DNA from: Meyerozyma guilliermondii | Lineage: Eukaryota | Direction of reading: 5' to 3' | Assembly (NCBI GenBank): GCA_051546255.1 | Contig: CP128815.1 | Location: forward strand, 1,302,001 to 1,366,000 | Length of the DNA stretch: 64,000 bases | Shown here: in pieces, positions 30,909 to 40,881 of the stretch | Position numbering within the stretch: the stretch's first letter is position 1 | How the letters are laid out: each line of letters starts with the position of its first letter | The notes under the pieces: model-generated | The model's database searches: none | The model's input: only the letters and a program-made list of their open reading frames with translations | What the model was told of the DNA's origin: nothing | Made by a program: the position numbers and the translations under genes

Positions 30909-32324
30909 ATGGTAGAGGTCGAAATGAATGGTACTACGCCGAGCGTACGTGATGAATTGATCACGGAAATAGAACTGTCCTTTGGATTGCTTCACAAAGC
31001 TGCGGCAAATTTCGACAATCGTTATATATCTCGAGTGTTTCGTGACTTGGGACCTTTAAGAAGAAAGTTGGCCAAAAATGGCGACGCTTTGGCCACTGTT
31101 ATTGATCGTTTGTACCCCCATAACAGTGCCAGTAGAGCTTACTTGCTCGAAGTTACAGGAAAGACAGATGAGTCCATGGATGAGGAAACCAAGTCGGCGG
31201 TGAAACCAGAAGTCGATTTGTACATCCACTTGTTGGTACAAGTATATCTTCTTGACAACAATCGGCTCGAAGAACTCAACAAGTTCAACGATAAGGTGAT
31301 CTACCTCCTTGAGAGCTACAACCGTAGGTCGCTTGACTTCATTCAAGCCAAAATTTGGTTCTACATTTCCCGTACCAAAGAGTTGATCGACGATCTTCAT
31401 TCGATCCGTCCCGCTTTGTTGTCGGCATTGCGTTCTGCAACGTTGCGTCACGATACCGAGACTGCTGCTTCGACGATAACACTTCTTCTTCGAAACTACC
31501 TGTTGTGTCATGAGGTAAATCAAGCCATGAATTTGGTGGAGAAGACAGAATTCCCCGAGAACGCCGGTAGCTCTCTCGTGGCAAGATATTACTATTACCT
31601 TGCGCGTATTAATGCTATTCAATTGGACTACTCCTCGGCAAACGAATACGTCATCGCTGCTACTAGAAAAGCTCCTCAAACGCAGCTGGCTGTTGGCTTC
31701 TTACAAGCAGCTACTAAGCTCAGCATCATCATAGAATTATTAATGGGAGACATACCTGAACTCCAGCTTTTCAGAAAGCAGTCAGATAGCCTTGAGCCAT
31801 ACTTTATGTTGACCAAGGCTGTGAGGTTGGGAGACTTGAAGTTGTTCGAAGAAGTGCTTAAAAAGTACGAGCAAGCGTTTAAAAAAGATGATAATTTCAC
31901 CTTAGTTTCACGTTTACGCCAAAATGTCATCAAAACTGGTATTAGAATCATTTCTTTGTCCTACTCCAAGATTTCCTTGAAGGATATATGCATCAAATTG
32001 CTCTTGGATTCTGAAGAGCTGGCCGAATATATCGTGGCTAAGGCCATTCGTGATGGAGTTATCGAGGCCAGTATAAATCACGAGCACGGATATATGAAGA
32101 GCAAGGAGTTGTTGGACGTGTACTCGACGAAGTTGCCTCAAGATGATTTCGATCAAAGAATCAAGTTTTGCTTGAGTTTACACAATGATAGTGTCAAGTC
32201 TATGCGCTACCCATCAGCAGACAACCGCTCTGATATCAACAAGCACAATTTGGCCGCCAAGGAAGATGAGATGGATCTCCTCAAGGCCATTGAGGAAGGA
32301 GACCTCGATGATTTCATGGACTAG
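30909..32324 (+). CDS. RPN3: 19S proteasome lid subunit Rpn3
   Basis: ARYYYYLARINAIQLDYS, RLRQNVIKTGIR and FDQRIKFCLSLHNDSVKSMRYP. Confidence 0.95.
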   Translation: MVEVEMNGTTPSVRDELITEIELSFGLLHKAAANFDNRYISRVFRDLGPLRRKLAKNGDALATVIDRLYPHNSASRAYLLEVTGKTDESMDEETKSAVKPEVDLYIHLLVQVYLLDNNRLEELNKFNDKVIYLLESYNRRSLDFIQAKIWFYISRTKELIDDLHSIRPALLSALRSATLRHDTETAASTITLLLRNYLLCHEVNQAMNLVEKTEFPENAGSSLVARYYYYLARINAIQLDYSSANEYVIAATRKAPQTQLAVGFLQAATKLSIIIELLMGDIPELQLFRKQSDSLEPYFMLTKAVRLGDLKLFEEVLKKYEQAFKKDDNFTLVSRLRQNVIKTGIRIISLSYSKISLKDICIKLLLDSEELAEYIVAKAIRDGVIEASINHEHGYMKSKELLDVYSTKLPQDDFDQRIKFCLSLHNDSVKSMRYPSADNRSDINKHNLAAKEDEMDLLKAIEEGDLDDFMD

Positions 32325-32418
32325 CGAATAAAATCATCCTTTTTGCAATTTGTAGATTAGCCGTGCGCAGTAGATTTCCGTCCCCACAGATTTTGTCGCG
32401 AAAATATCAAATATCATC

Positions 32419-34189
32419 ATGGTGCAACTCGAGCTAGATCCCAAAATCTTGGGCGAAAACCATGGCGACCAGTTTCTACAGGATGAGTAAGTATACCTCA
32501 CGATATCAATCATTCCATTCTCAACTAACATCAAGAGATAAACTTTCAGTTGCGGAGTTGATTCCTCGTATTTTGCAAGAACGCAACTCCTTTCTTTACA
32601 TCAGCGAAGAGTCATTGGAAAATGAAATTGAGCACAACAATTCGAGCGAAGCCGAGTCACAGGAACCAGATAATGTGTTTGCCCAGCCCGACGAAATAGA
32701 TAGCTACGAGTTGTTCCAAAAGAATAAGGTTGAATTGGCCCAACAGCTCAACTCGGCCCTCAATGAAACGTCACTTTCGCTTGATTTTGTGTCCCTTTTG
32801 TTGTCCTCAGTCAAGGTGAACCTTGGAAAGTCTACCATGTCTCCTCATCTTACTCAGAATGTGCCTCCTGGCTCTTTGAATGCTGATAGATTGTCCAAAT
32901 ATGACGATCCAAATGACATGCAAAGTAAAGTAGCAAATTTAGGCAATGGTTGGAAAGGAGAGTCGATCGAGAAGATAACTGGATTGTTTAGGAATGCCAG
33001 CATGAAACTCAACGAGCAGGTAATCAAAGAGAAAACGTATTGGGAGCTGCTAATTAACGTATTGGATCATGATGAAGTGCTTTACAAGACCAGGGATCCT
33101 CTTGACAACTCTCGAGCAATTGGTGTCAAGTATGGCTATTCTGCCTCCGGTTCCAGCTACCGTGACGAAGGTAACGCTATCTTACGAAAAGATCCTAGCT
33201 CGGGTGCTATTTCCTTCGTACCAATTTCTCGAGGAAGAGCAGGCACCAAAATTTGCAAATATATCAAGGTTCGAATCCTCACCAAGGTAGATGACGACTA
33301 CTTGTTGACGGGGCAATCATTGTTTGACAAAAAGTTTGCCGGAAAGAACACAAGCGCTATCATAAACGACATCGAAAAGGCGAGGTATTTTGTGTTTCAA
33401 GAGGATCTCTTTTATCATTTGACCCGTGAGGCAAAGGGATTGATCAACTATAATATCCTGATCATCTCCAACAAAATTATCATTGAGGTGGATAATGAAC
33501 TTATTGAAATCGAATCTGTGGTTTTTGATGAGGACGATGAAGAGGAATTGAATAACCTCTATCAAAACACAAACCAATTATCGTCGTCTAACAATCGAAG
33601 GGCGGAAGCTATCTTGATATTTATGAACCTCATGCTTTGTTGTTTCTATAAATACAACCTTTCGCTCAAACAAAAAGTTCCTACAGCAGTCACCAAATGG
33701 AAGCAACAAAATTCTCATCCACTCATTTTGCGTCCCTTATTAGGACACATCCGTCATGAGCTCAACGTCAGTTCCTTGCGTAGTGTTTTGAAAAACCACA
33801 TTGGCGCATTCAAACAAGACTTAGAACTGGAACTTGAAGTGATACAATACTCAAATTTGCAAGCGCAAGAACTGGACAAAAGTTTCGAAAACCCATTTCA
33901 AAAGGCAATCGAGGCACCATGTACCACATTCAAACTACGGTGTAAGCGAAGAGATGGACGTGTCTTAGAGACCGTCATTGATGTAACTTCCACCGAGATA
34001 TTCGTGAACTTGGTATTGAATCTCAACGTTACAAAATATGACAGCGGCTCGGACTGCAAACAGCACGATAATGGAGCCAATGTTTTACAGAACACCTTCT
34101 ACGATCTTAATGAAGTGGACGAATGCTTAAATTGGACGATCATGAACTTCATAAATCAAGATTCAACAATCACATCGGCTGATGGTTGA
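32419..34189 (+). CDS. SRB4: Mediator subunit Med17, exons 32419-32486 and 32536-34189
   Basis: The spliced start reads MVQLELDP...FLQDE-DKLSVAELIPRILQER; ALNETSLSLDFVSLL and GVKYGY motifs. Confidence 0.85.
32487..32535 (+). other. Spliceosomal intron of MED17 (49 nt)
   Basis: GTAAGT donor and AACTAAC branch; the AAG acceptor gives the in-frame junction. Confidence 0.8.
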
Positions 34190-34656
34190 ATTTGGTCGCC
34201 ATGCTTTTCCACAAAATGCTTTAATCTATAAAATTTTTCATCACGCAAATTGTTGAAAATCAAAAAGTTGAACCAAACTTCGAAGAACGAGTATACAAAC
34301 ACCGCATTGTTGCCAAATGTCAAACTCTTGGAAATATAGGCATAGGCAGCAAGGAAAAAGAAAATTGTCAATCTGGTGGGAACGATGGTTTCAAAGTAAT
34401 CAACATTTTCTGCCAACAAAGGAATCAAATCCCCAACCGCTTGCAACCCGAACAAGAGACTAATGATGCCATAAAATACCGAATCACCGTCGGTCTCGAT
34501 TACCGGAAGTATCATAGGAAGTTCCATGGCCTGGCCAAGCAACAATAGGAAATGACTTCCCAAAAGATATCCAGGATTCACGGCCGCAAAATAGCATATG
34601 GTAAACAAAAATACAACTCTAGCATATAAAATCGTTTTGGAAGTAAAGAATTGCAT
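34156..34656 (-). CDS. ILM1: Ilm1-family membrane protein
   Basis: FFTSKTILYARV, LLLGQAMELP, YFETIVPTRL and FNNLRDEK. Confidence 0.85.
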   Translation of the reverse strand: MQFFTSKTILYARVVFLFTICYFAAVNPGYLLGSHFLLLLGQAMELPMILPVIETDGDSVFYGIISLLFGLQAVGDLIPLLAENVDYFETIVPTRLTIFFFLAAYAYISKSLTFGNNAVFVYSFFEVWFNFLIFNNLRDEKFYRLKHFVEKHGDQIQPSADVIVES

Positions 34657-34823
34657 GGCTTATACTTCCTCTCATGAGACTACAGTTTCCTCATCAAATA
34701 TAGTCGCGTGGTTGTCTGCAGGATGCCGAAATTTGAAAAATGCTGCGGTTGCAAATGTTACGCCGGTAGCTATGGCGTGATGAATATTGTTTAAAAAGGT
34801 GCAAAAACCTGATATTTTCATCA

Positions 34824-36740
34824 ATGCGCTTTCTTTGGGTGTTGACCATTTTTGCGGTGTTTACATGCATTTGTATGGGATTAGAATACCCTCCAGGTGC
34901 AGTAGTTCGACAATACTCCATGACACTTACCCATGCATACCATAACCCCGATGGTAGATTCAAAGGTGGCTATTTGATCAACGGGGAGTCACCTGGACCC
35001 ACGCTCGAGGGGGATGAAGGAGACTGGATAGAGCTTACGGTAGAAAATCTTTTGCCAGTTGGCATATCTATCCACTTTCATGGAGTGTTGCAAAAAGGTA
35101 CTCCGTGGTCTGATGGAGTACCAGGTATAACTCAGTATGCTATTCTCAGTGGAGACACTTATAAGTATGTCTTTCAGTTGCGGGACCAGTACGGAGCATC
35201 TTGGTACCATGCTCATTACCGTGGGTATGCCTCGGATGGGATATACGGAGCCATCAATATCCGAGCATCCAAGGTACGACAACGTCCATATAGGATGATA
35301 ACTAATGATACTGAAACCCTCCAGCTATGGGAGAAATTGGAAAAATCGCCTCAAAATATTATTGGGGATGATTCATTCAGGTTGACTATGGATGATATTA
35401 TGGCTCGAATGCAGCACTTTGGCATCGACCCCGTCTGTATACAAAGTATCACTATCAATGGGAAAGGTCGGATATATTGTCATGAATATTCCAAGTTTGC
35501 ATCCATGGCAATGAAGAAGAATGTTTCGAGTATTCCTGCTTTTGATTCAATGGGCTGCGTTCCAGATTTGGAGGCTAATGGATATCACGACTTGACGGTG
35601 GATAATTTCGACCTTGAAGCACCAGGCTTCTCTCTTCCTTGTCAGCCAACCAACAGTGACAGATACGTCCTTTTCACGAATAAGTCTCCTTGGCAAATGC
35701 TTAACGTTTTGAATGCGGGTGGTCAGTACACAAAATCGTTTTCCATTGATGGTCATCACATGTATGTCATAGCAGTTGACGGAGTCTATATCAACCCAAT
35801 ACTTGTCGAGCAGCTAGTTCTCCCAGTGGGTTCACGGTTCACCGTCTTGGTGGAAACACAGGAAGGTGAACCTGGGGCAGTCTATGGAATTAGGTTCACT
35901 GCCTATGGAACTCCACAGATCATCGAAGGTATCGGTTTATTGATATATGGCTCTCCCAAACTGACCTCCTCGAAGGAAATGGCCAGATATCAAGCTCAAA
36001 CGGAATTTGATGGGCATCAGTTTCAAGACTTGGACGGAAAACTTCTTGAGGAAAATGCACGAAGTATAGCGCCGCGGTTGACAGTTCCATTTGCTGCCGA
36101 CGACAGGCTTCAGAAAAAAGGTGCCGCAGATCATACGTTTAGGTTTTATCTCCATCGTACTGGAGTTGTGGAATTTACCATGTTCAAAGATGGGGCTAGA
36201 ATTCCTGGCCATTTAGATATGCAAGAACCCATTTTGCACCGACATGCGAAAGGTACTTTGGGGAATAAAACGGAGCCGTATTGGGTCACTGGTGTGGATT
36301 ACAACAGCACGGTGGATTTCATTATTGAAAATCATCGCTTCATGCCTCATCCTTTTCACCTCCATGGACATCATTTGCATCAAATAAGCTTCAGCAATAC
36401 TGAGCCCTTTCCTTACGAATCTGTTGAGGAGGCTCTTGAAAACAACTATAAGAATCTCGATATGGAGACTGCTCCTCGGTTTGATGTTGCTTGGGTACCT
36501 CCTGGTGGCCATGTTGTAGTGAGAATGACTGCCGATAATCCAGGAATGTGGTTGATGCATTGTCATAACCTTGGTCACCTCATGGCAGGTATGGGTGCGA
36601 TCTTGTTTGAAGCCACAAATAAGATACCAGAGCTACCTGATTACGTTTTGAACCAATTGCACACAACAAGGAAGGATACACCGAAAGTTGGAATAAGTGA
36701 AATAATAGACAACCCGCACGATGGTTATTTGAGCGAGTAA
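34824..36740 (+). CDS. Secreted multicopper oxidase (laccase-like)
   Basis: Signal peptide; all four copper motifs (HFHG, WYHAH, HPFHLHGH, HCHNLGHLMAGM); no C-terminal TM helix. Confidence 0.9.
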   Translation: MRFLWVLTIFAVFTCICMGLEYPPGAVVRQYSMTLTHAYHNPDGRFKGGYLINGESPGPTLEGDEGDWIELTVENLLPVGISIHFHGVLQKGTPWSDGVPGITQYAILSGDTYKYVFQLRDQYGASWYHAHYRGYASDGIYGAINIRASKVRQRPYRMITNDTETLQLWEKLEKSPQNIIGDDSFRLTMDDIMARMQHFGIDPVCIQSITINGKGRIYCHEYSKFASMAMKKNVSSIPAFDSMGCVPDLEANGYHDLTVDNFDLEAPGFSLPCQPTNSDRYVLFTNKSPWQMLNVLNAGGQYTKSFSIDGHHMYVIAVDGVYINPILVEQLVLPVGSRFTVLVETQEGEPGAVYGIRFTAYGTPQIIEGIGLLIYGSPKLTSSKEMARYQAQTEFDGHQFQDLDGKLLEENARSIAPRLTVPFAADDRLQKKGAADHTFRFYLHRTGVVEFTMFKDGARIPGHLDMQEPILHRHAKGTLGNKTEPYWVTGVDYNSTVDFIIENHRFMPHPFHLHGHHLHQISFSNTEPFPYESVEEALENNYKNLDMETAPRFDVAWVPPGGHVVVRMTADNPGMWLMHCHNLGHLMAGMGAILFEATNKIPELPDYVLNQLHTTRKDTPKVGISEIIDNPHDGYLSE

Positions 36741-36803
36741 CACAAATGAGATTATCTCGTCACAAAAACATTGTTTCGACAAGAGCAAGTAATAATCCTC
36801 TAC

Positions 36804-37187
36804 ATGATCGGGATTCTGGCGATATACGTCCACATGATGGTTTTCCTTGCGCTCACATTGTTCACAATATTCAGTAAGTAGAATTTGAATCTCAATTAAT
36901 AATTTGCAGCCATTAACGAGGGTTTGATTCTTTTACCTTTTATGATATTAGTGATTCTTTTGGTTGCACTATGCTACTTGTGCAATCTTATACGCCATGA
37001 GGGTATAAGACTAAACTTTGCTCCCAAGTTGTTGTGGGAAAATGCATTCAGACCAATTTCAAGTTTCCTACAAGAGGGCTACAATGTTATCTCACCCAAA
37101 TTTCGACATTTTTCAGCAAGTTTCAACTTGAGTGAATTTGCAACTGTTCCCTTGTATGGAACCTTTAACGATGAAGATGAGCACTAA
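36804..37187 (+). CDS. Putative small hydrophobic membrane protein, possibly spliced (36804/36834-36873 joined to 36910-37187)
   Basis: A hydrophobic ORF is joined in frame to an upstream hydrophobic ATG exon by a 36-nt GTAAGT...CAG segment. Confidence 0.4.
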
Positions 37188-37715
37188 AAGCCGACAGAAT
37201 CTCTATACTGAAGCGGATGGTGGTACAAAAACAGAACTAAAAAAAAAACTGGCTTTCGGCCCGGCAGCTGCAGCATGCAGCCTAAGCCCCTTCGAAGACG
37301 AATAGAGCAGTTTACATGCAAATTGTGCAACTTTAGCCACCAGTCTTTTAGTCTCTGGCATTTATGACAGAGATGACTCAAACAAGAAGTTGACGTATTT
37401 TTCGGACTTTTTTCTTGGCAGGGTTCTCGAGCGGTGTCGGTTGATTTTCGCCGATATGAACCGTGTGGCTTAACTTTCGCAGAAAAAGGCTAATGGCCCA
37501 CGCATAACTGAGTTATAACACGACTTTTGGTACCTTTGGCCGCTCATAAGAAGGAGACCACGAATCTTTCTTCCATTCAAAACTGGGCCCTTTGAACTTC
37601 TTGTTTCGTAAGCCCGTCATGTACATTAGCTTAGTTGTCTCAAAATTCACGAAAACAATTGTTGCAAAAAATAATAACTGCATTGAAAATAGCTTTCGAT
37701 GAAAACATTTTATGC

Positions 37716-37746
37716 GCCACTAAGGTAAGAGAAAGCCCACCAGGGT
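37716..37746. promoter_or_regulatory. Candidate zinc-responsive elements upstream of ZRT1
   Basis: GCCACTAAGGT 37716-37726 and CCCACCAGGGT 37736-37746 (reverse complements ACCTTAGTGGC and ACCCTGGTGGG), followed by TATAAA ~37771. Confidence 0.55.
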
Positions 37747-37811
37747 GCTTTCGAGGAGGATTCAGTAGCTTATAAATATCTCATGACTCTTTGTTGTAAA
37801 ACATAATCGAG

Positions 37812-38918
37812 ATGGTGGACGCAGCCGATGTCACTCTTGGAGATGATACATTTTCTGATGCCTTTAAGGTGTGTTACATCACCGGAGTTGAGGGAGGAGG
37901 TAATGAGTACTCAAAGTACTTGGGAGCACGTATCTCATCTATCTTTGTGATTCTTTTTGTTTCCACATTCTTCACCATTTTCCCATTGCTTGCAACCAGA
38001 TTTAAAAAGTTGAGAATTCCACTTTACGGTTACTTATTTGCACGGTACTTTGGTACTGGAGTTATCATCGCTACAGCGTATGTCCATTTGATGGACCCAG
38101 CCTATGGCGAGATAGGACCTAATACTTGTGTGGGGATGACTGGTAATTGGGCATCGTATTCATGGCCTCCAGCCATTATGCTTGCTTCAATCTTTTTCAT
38201 TTTCATCGTCGATATCTTTTCCGCCGTCTGGGTAGAAAGAAAATACGGCATTAGCGATCTGCACGATGTGAATGTGGAAGATATTATTGTTGCAGGAAAT
38301 GATACTCCAACAACGGCGGCCGTCCATCGGACACGCGAGTCAACGAGACAGGACGTGGAAAAGCAAAAAGACGATGTCGATACTGGATGCGAGTCTATTG
38401 CCAATACTGAGGCTGAAATCAGTTTCAAGATGCAGTTCACGGCCTTCCTTATTTTGGAGTTTGGAGTGATTTTCCACTCAGTAATGATTGGTCTCAATCT
38501 TGGAGCCGTGGGTCCTGATGAGTTCAAAACATTATACATTGTTTTGGTGTTCCACCAGTCGTTTGAAGGACTTGGAATTGGTGCCAGACTCTCTGCTATT
38601 CCTTTCCCTGCTGACAAACCAAAATGGATTCCTTGGTTGTGTTGCATCATTTACGGTTTGGTTACCCCAGTATGTATCGCCATTGGTTTGGGAGTCAGAA
38701 AAACCTACTTTTCCAACTCATACAACGCCAATATTATTCTGGGTGTCTTGGACTCGATTTCAGCCGGAATTTTGATGTACACTGGTTTGGTCGAATTGTT
38801 AGCTCGGGACTTTATCTTTGACCCTCATAGAACAAAGGATCTCAGAAGATTGACGTTCATGGTTGTGGTGACATTGGTTGGTGCCGGAATCATGGCATTG
38901 CTTGGTAAGTGGGCCTAG
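37812..38918 (+). CDS. ZRT1: ZIP-family zinc transporter, S. cerevisiae Zrt1-type
   Basis: LGARISSIFVILFVSTFFT, HLMDPAYG, CVGMTGNW, FHSVMIG and FHQSFEGLGIG. Confidence 0.9.
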   Translation: MVDAADVTLGDDTFSDAFKVCYITGVEGGGNEYSKYLGARISSIFVILFVSTFFTIFPLLATRFKKLRIPLYGYLFARYFGTGVIIATAYVHLMDPAYGEIGPNTCVGMTGNWASYSWPPAIMLASIFFIFIVDIFSAVWVERKYGISDLHDVNVEDIIVAGNDTPTTAAVHRTRESTRQDVEKQKDDVDTGCESIANTEAEISFKMQFTAFLILEFGVIFHSVMIGLNLGAVGPDEFKTLYIVLVFHQSFEGLGIGARLSAIPFPADKPKWIPWLCCIIYGLVTPVCIAIGLGVRKTYFSNSYNANIILGVLDSISAGILMYTGLVELLARDFIFDPHRTKDLRRLTFMVVVTLVGAGIMALLGKWA

Positions 38919-39234
38919 TTGCGGAAGCTAATGGGATAATTAACTCAAATACTTAATAGACACGAAGGCTCCATTGTCGTTTTGCAGCCACAGAATTATT
39001 CCAAAAGACTAAAAGTTTGTATATCGCCGATAACTTGTGGTTATTTATTAGGATGTTAGTGCTATAGTAGCACAGTGTAGACTTTGCAAACACTCTCGAT
39101 TACACACTGAAAGTTAGCAACGCACAGTAATTTATTTCTTCGCACTGGAAGTTCACTCTCACATTCAACCTTTTGTCTGGTGCATTGATGCAACTTCCAG
39201 CCACGTCAATTCGCTGCAACCACGAAATACACCA

Positions 39235-40086
39235 ATGAAGTTGGCATTTTTACTTGGTGTCGTGGCCCAATTGGCCATGGGTGTGATGTCCTATTCGATT
39301 CAGTCGGGGCTTGCGAGAGTGAACGAGGATATTGTTCAGTATGGAGAGGCAGAAATTCAGCTGATCAGACTGCTCACGTTGGAGAATATGAAAGATAAAC
39401 TTGACGTAGAACTCAAATTAGATTACAAAGATGTGACGAAAAAGCCCCATCAGTTTGTCATTACTCTTGGTGATGATAATGGTCACGACTTGCTGTTTGT
39501 TCCCAACTATTTGTCAGCCTACGATGTGTACAAATTGAGTATTCCGGTGAATAAGATCCCTCTCAGTTTAAGAGTCAAAGACAAGCTTTTCTTGAAAGCT
39601 ATTGTTGCGAGCAGTGGACCTAAGAAGCACGGCGAAAATTTGCGTCGTAATTTGGCAGAAGTGAGATTTGGAGATGATATAAAGCTTACTGCGCAGCTGG
39701 CGTACGTACCTGCTGAGCGATTTGGTTTAAAGCCAGAAATTCACCACCAATTTGCATCTGAAGCTTCTACTGTGAATGCAATCATCCCTATAGTATTCAG
39801 TGCTGGAGCAATAGTTCTTCTTCTTGCGTTGCTAGTATCGTGGGCGTCTCTTCTTGGAGATGATTTACTTCGTAACTTCACCAGATTGAGCGGAGCTCAA
39901 GTCTTGAACCACGGAGTATTCTTGACGGCTTTGGTTGGATACGTGGCTGTGTTCTATCGGTACTACTTGGGCACATCCATCTTCACCACCTTGTTCAATG
40001 CATTTGTATTGACAGCTCCAACCATCTTCTTCGGGTCGCGGTCGTTGAGAGACTTGGCCGTGTTCCGCAAACTCGAAGTGTCGTAG
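39235..40086 (+). CDS. SWP1: Oligosaccharyltransferase delta subunit (ribophorin II)
   Basis: Signal peptide, KPHQ, RFGLKPEIHHQF and three C-terminal TM helices ending GSRSL. Confidence 0.88.
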   Translation: MKLAFLLGVVAQLAMGVMSYSIQSGLARVNEDIVQYGEAEIQLIRLLTLENMKDKLDVELKLDYKDVTKKPHQFVITLGDDNGHDLLFVPNYLSAYDVYKLSIPVNKIPLSLRVKDKLFLKAIVASSGPKKHGENLRRNLAEVRFGDDIKLTAQLAYVPAERFGLKPEIHHQFASEASTVNAIIPIVFSAGAIVLLLALLVSWASLLGDDLLRNFTRLSGAQVLNHGVFLTALVGYVAVFYRYYLGTSIFTTLFNAFVLTAPTIFFGSRSLRDLAVFRKLEVS

Positions 40087-40129
40087 ACATACATGCATGA
40101 GTCACATTATACTCTATACTATTATACAC

Positions 40130-40696
40130 TTACTCTTCAATAAAGCTATTGGTGATTTTGCGAAAGTTCCAAAACCACCACTTGCCTTCTGGGCTAGTAA
40201 ACCCTCGATCCATCGAATTGGCAGCGACTATTTTCCCTCGAATTAGTCCCATGGGTAACACCGAATACGACCGAGAGTCCAAAGAATGGCACAAGTTGTC
40301 GCCGGTAACCCATACATGGCCATCAGGAACTCTTATATACTTGTTGAACCCATTATGAGCAGCGCTCTCCCCAGCCGAATTTGTCAATTCCGATGACGAC
40401 GAAGGGTCGACCAAAATGACATCTCCAGGCATTCCTGTTATTCGCTTGCATACTCGGTGATCAGGGTCGCTGGGTTTGGTGGCCACAACACAATCACCAA
40501 TGTCTATATTACGGCCCAATTTATATTTCTTCAAAACGTGAACATAATCTGCATGAGATTGAAGCGTAGGAAGCATTGACTCTCCTCTCGTTTCTGTAAA
40601 CTCATATACATATTCATGGATAAGGTGGGCCACACAGCCCGCACGTAGTGTCCACGTTAAAGTGGAGCCAAGAAACTTGACCGACTCGAGGACCAT
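40130..40696 (-). CDS. IMP1: Mitochondrial inner-membrane peptidase subunit 1
   Basis: TRGESMLPT, CKRITGMPGD and WVTGDN..SLDSRSY; ATG at 40696. Confidence 0.9.
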   Translation of the reverse strand: MVLESVKFLGSTLTWTLRAGCVAHLIHEYVYEFTETRGESMLPTLQSHADYVHVLKKYKLGRNIDIGDCVVATKPSDPDHRVCKRITGMPGDVILVDPSSSSELTNSAGESAAHNGFNKYIRVPDGHVWVTGDNLCHSLDSRSYSVLPMGLIRGKIVAANSMDRGFTSPEGKWWFWNFRKITNSFIEE

Positions 40697-40881
40697 AGTG
40701 CGTAGGTGAGAAATGCGTAAGAGAAACGTGAGAATGAGAGAAAGGAAGGAAGATGAAAATTGAAAAAGGTGGATACCCAAAATACAGCTAGACGCCCAGC
40801 TGCATTGCCAACAGCTTATATCGTTCACAATAGTTTGTAGCCTACATGCCAACTTTTTAACTTTCAATACATTCTCATTAT

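Noticed and set aside
34824..36740. FET3 ferroxidase call
   Set aside because: There is no C-terminal TM anchor, the axial ligand is Met, and there is no adjacent FTR1.
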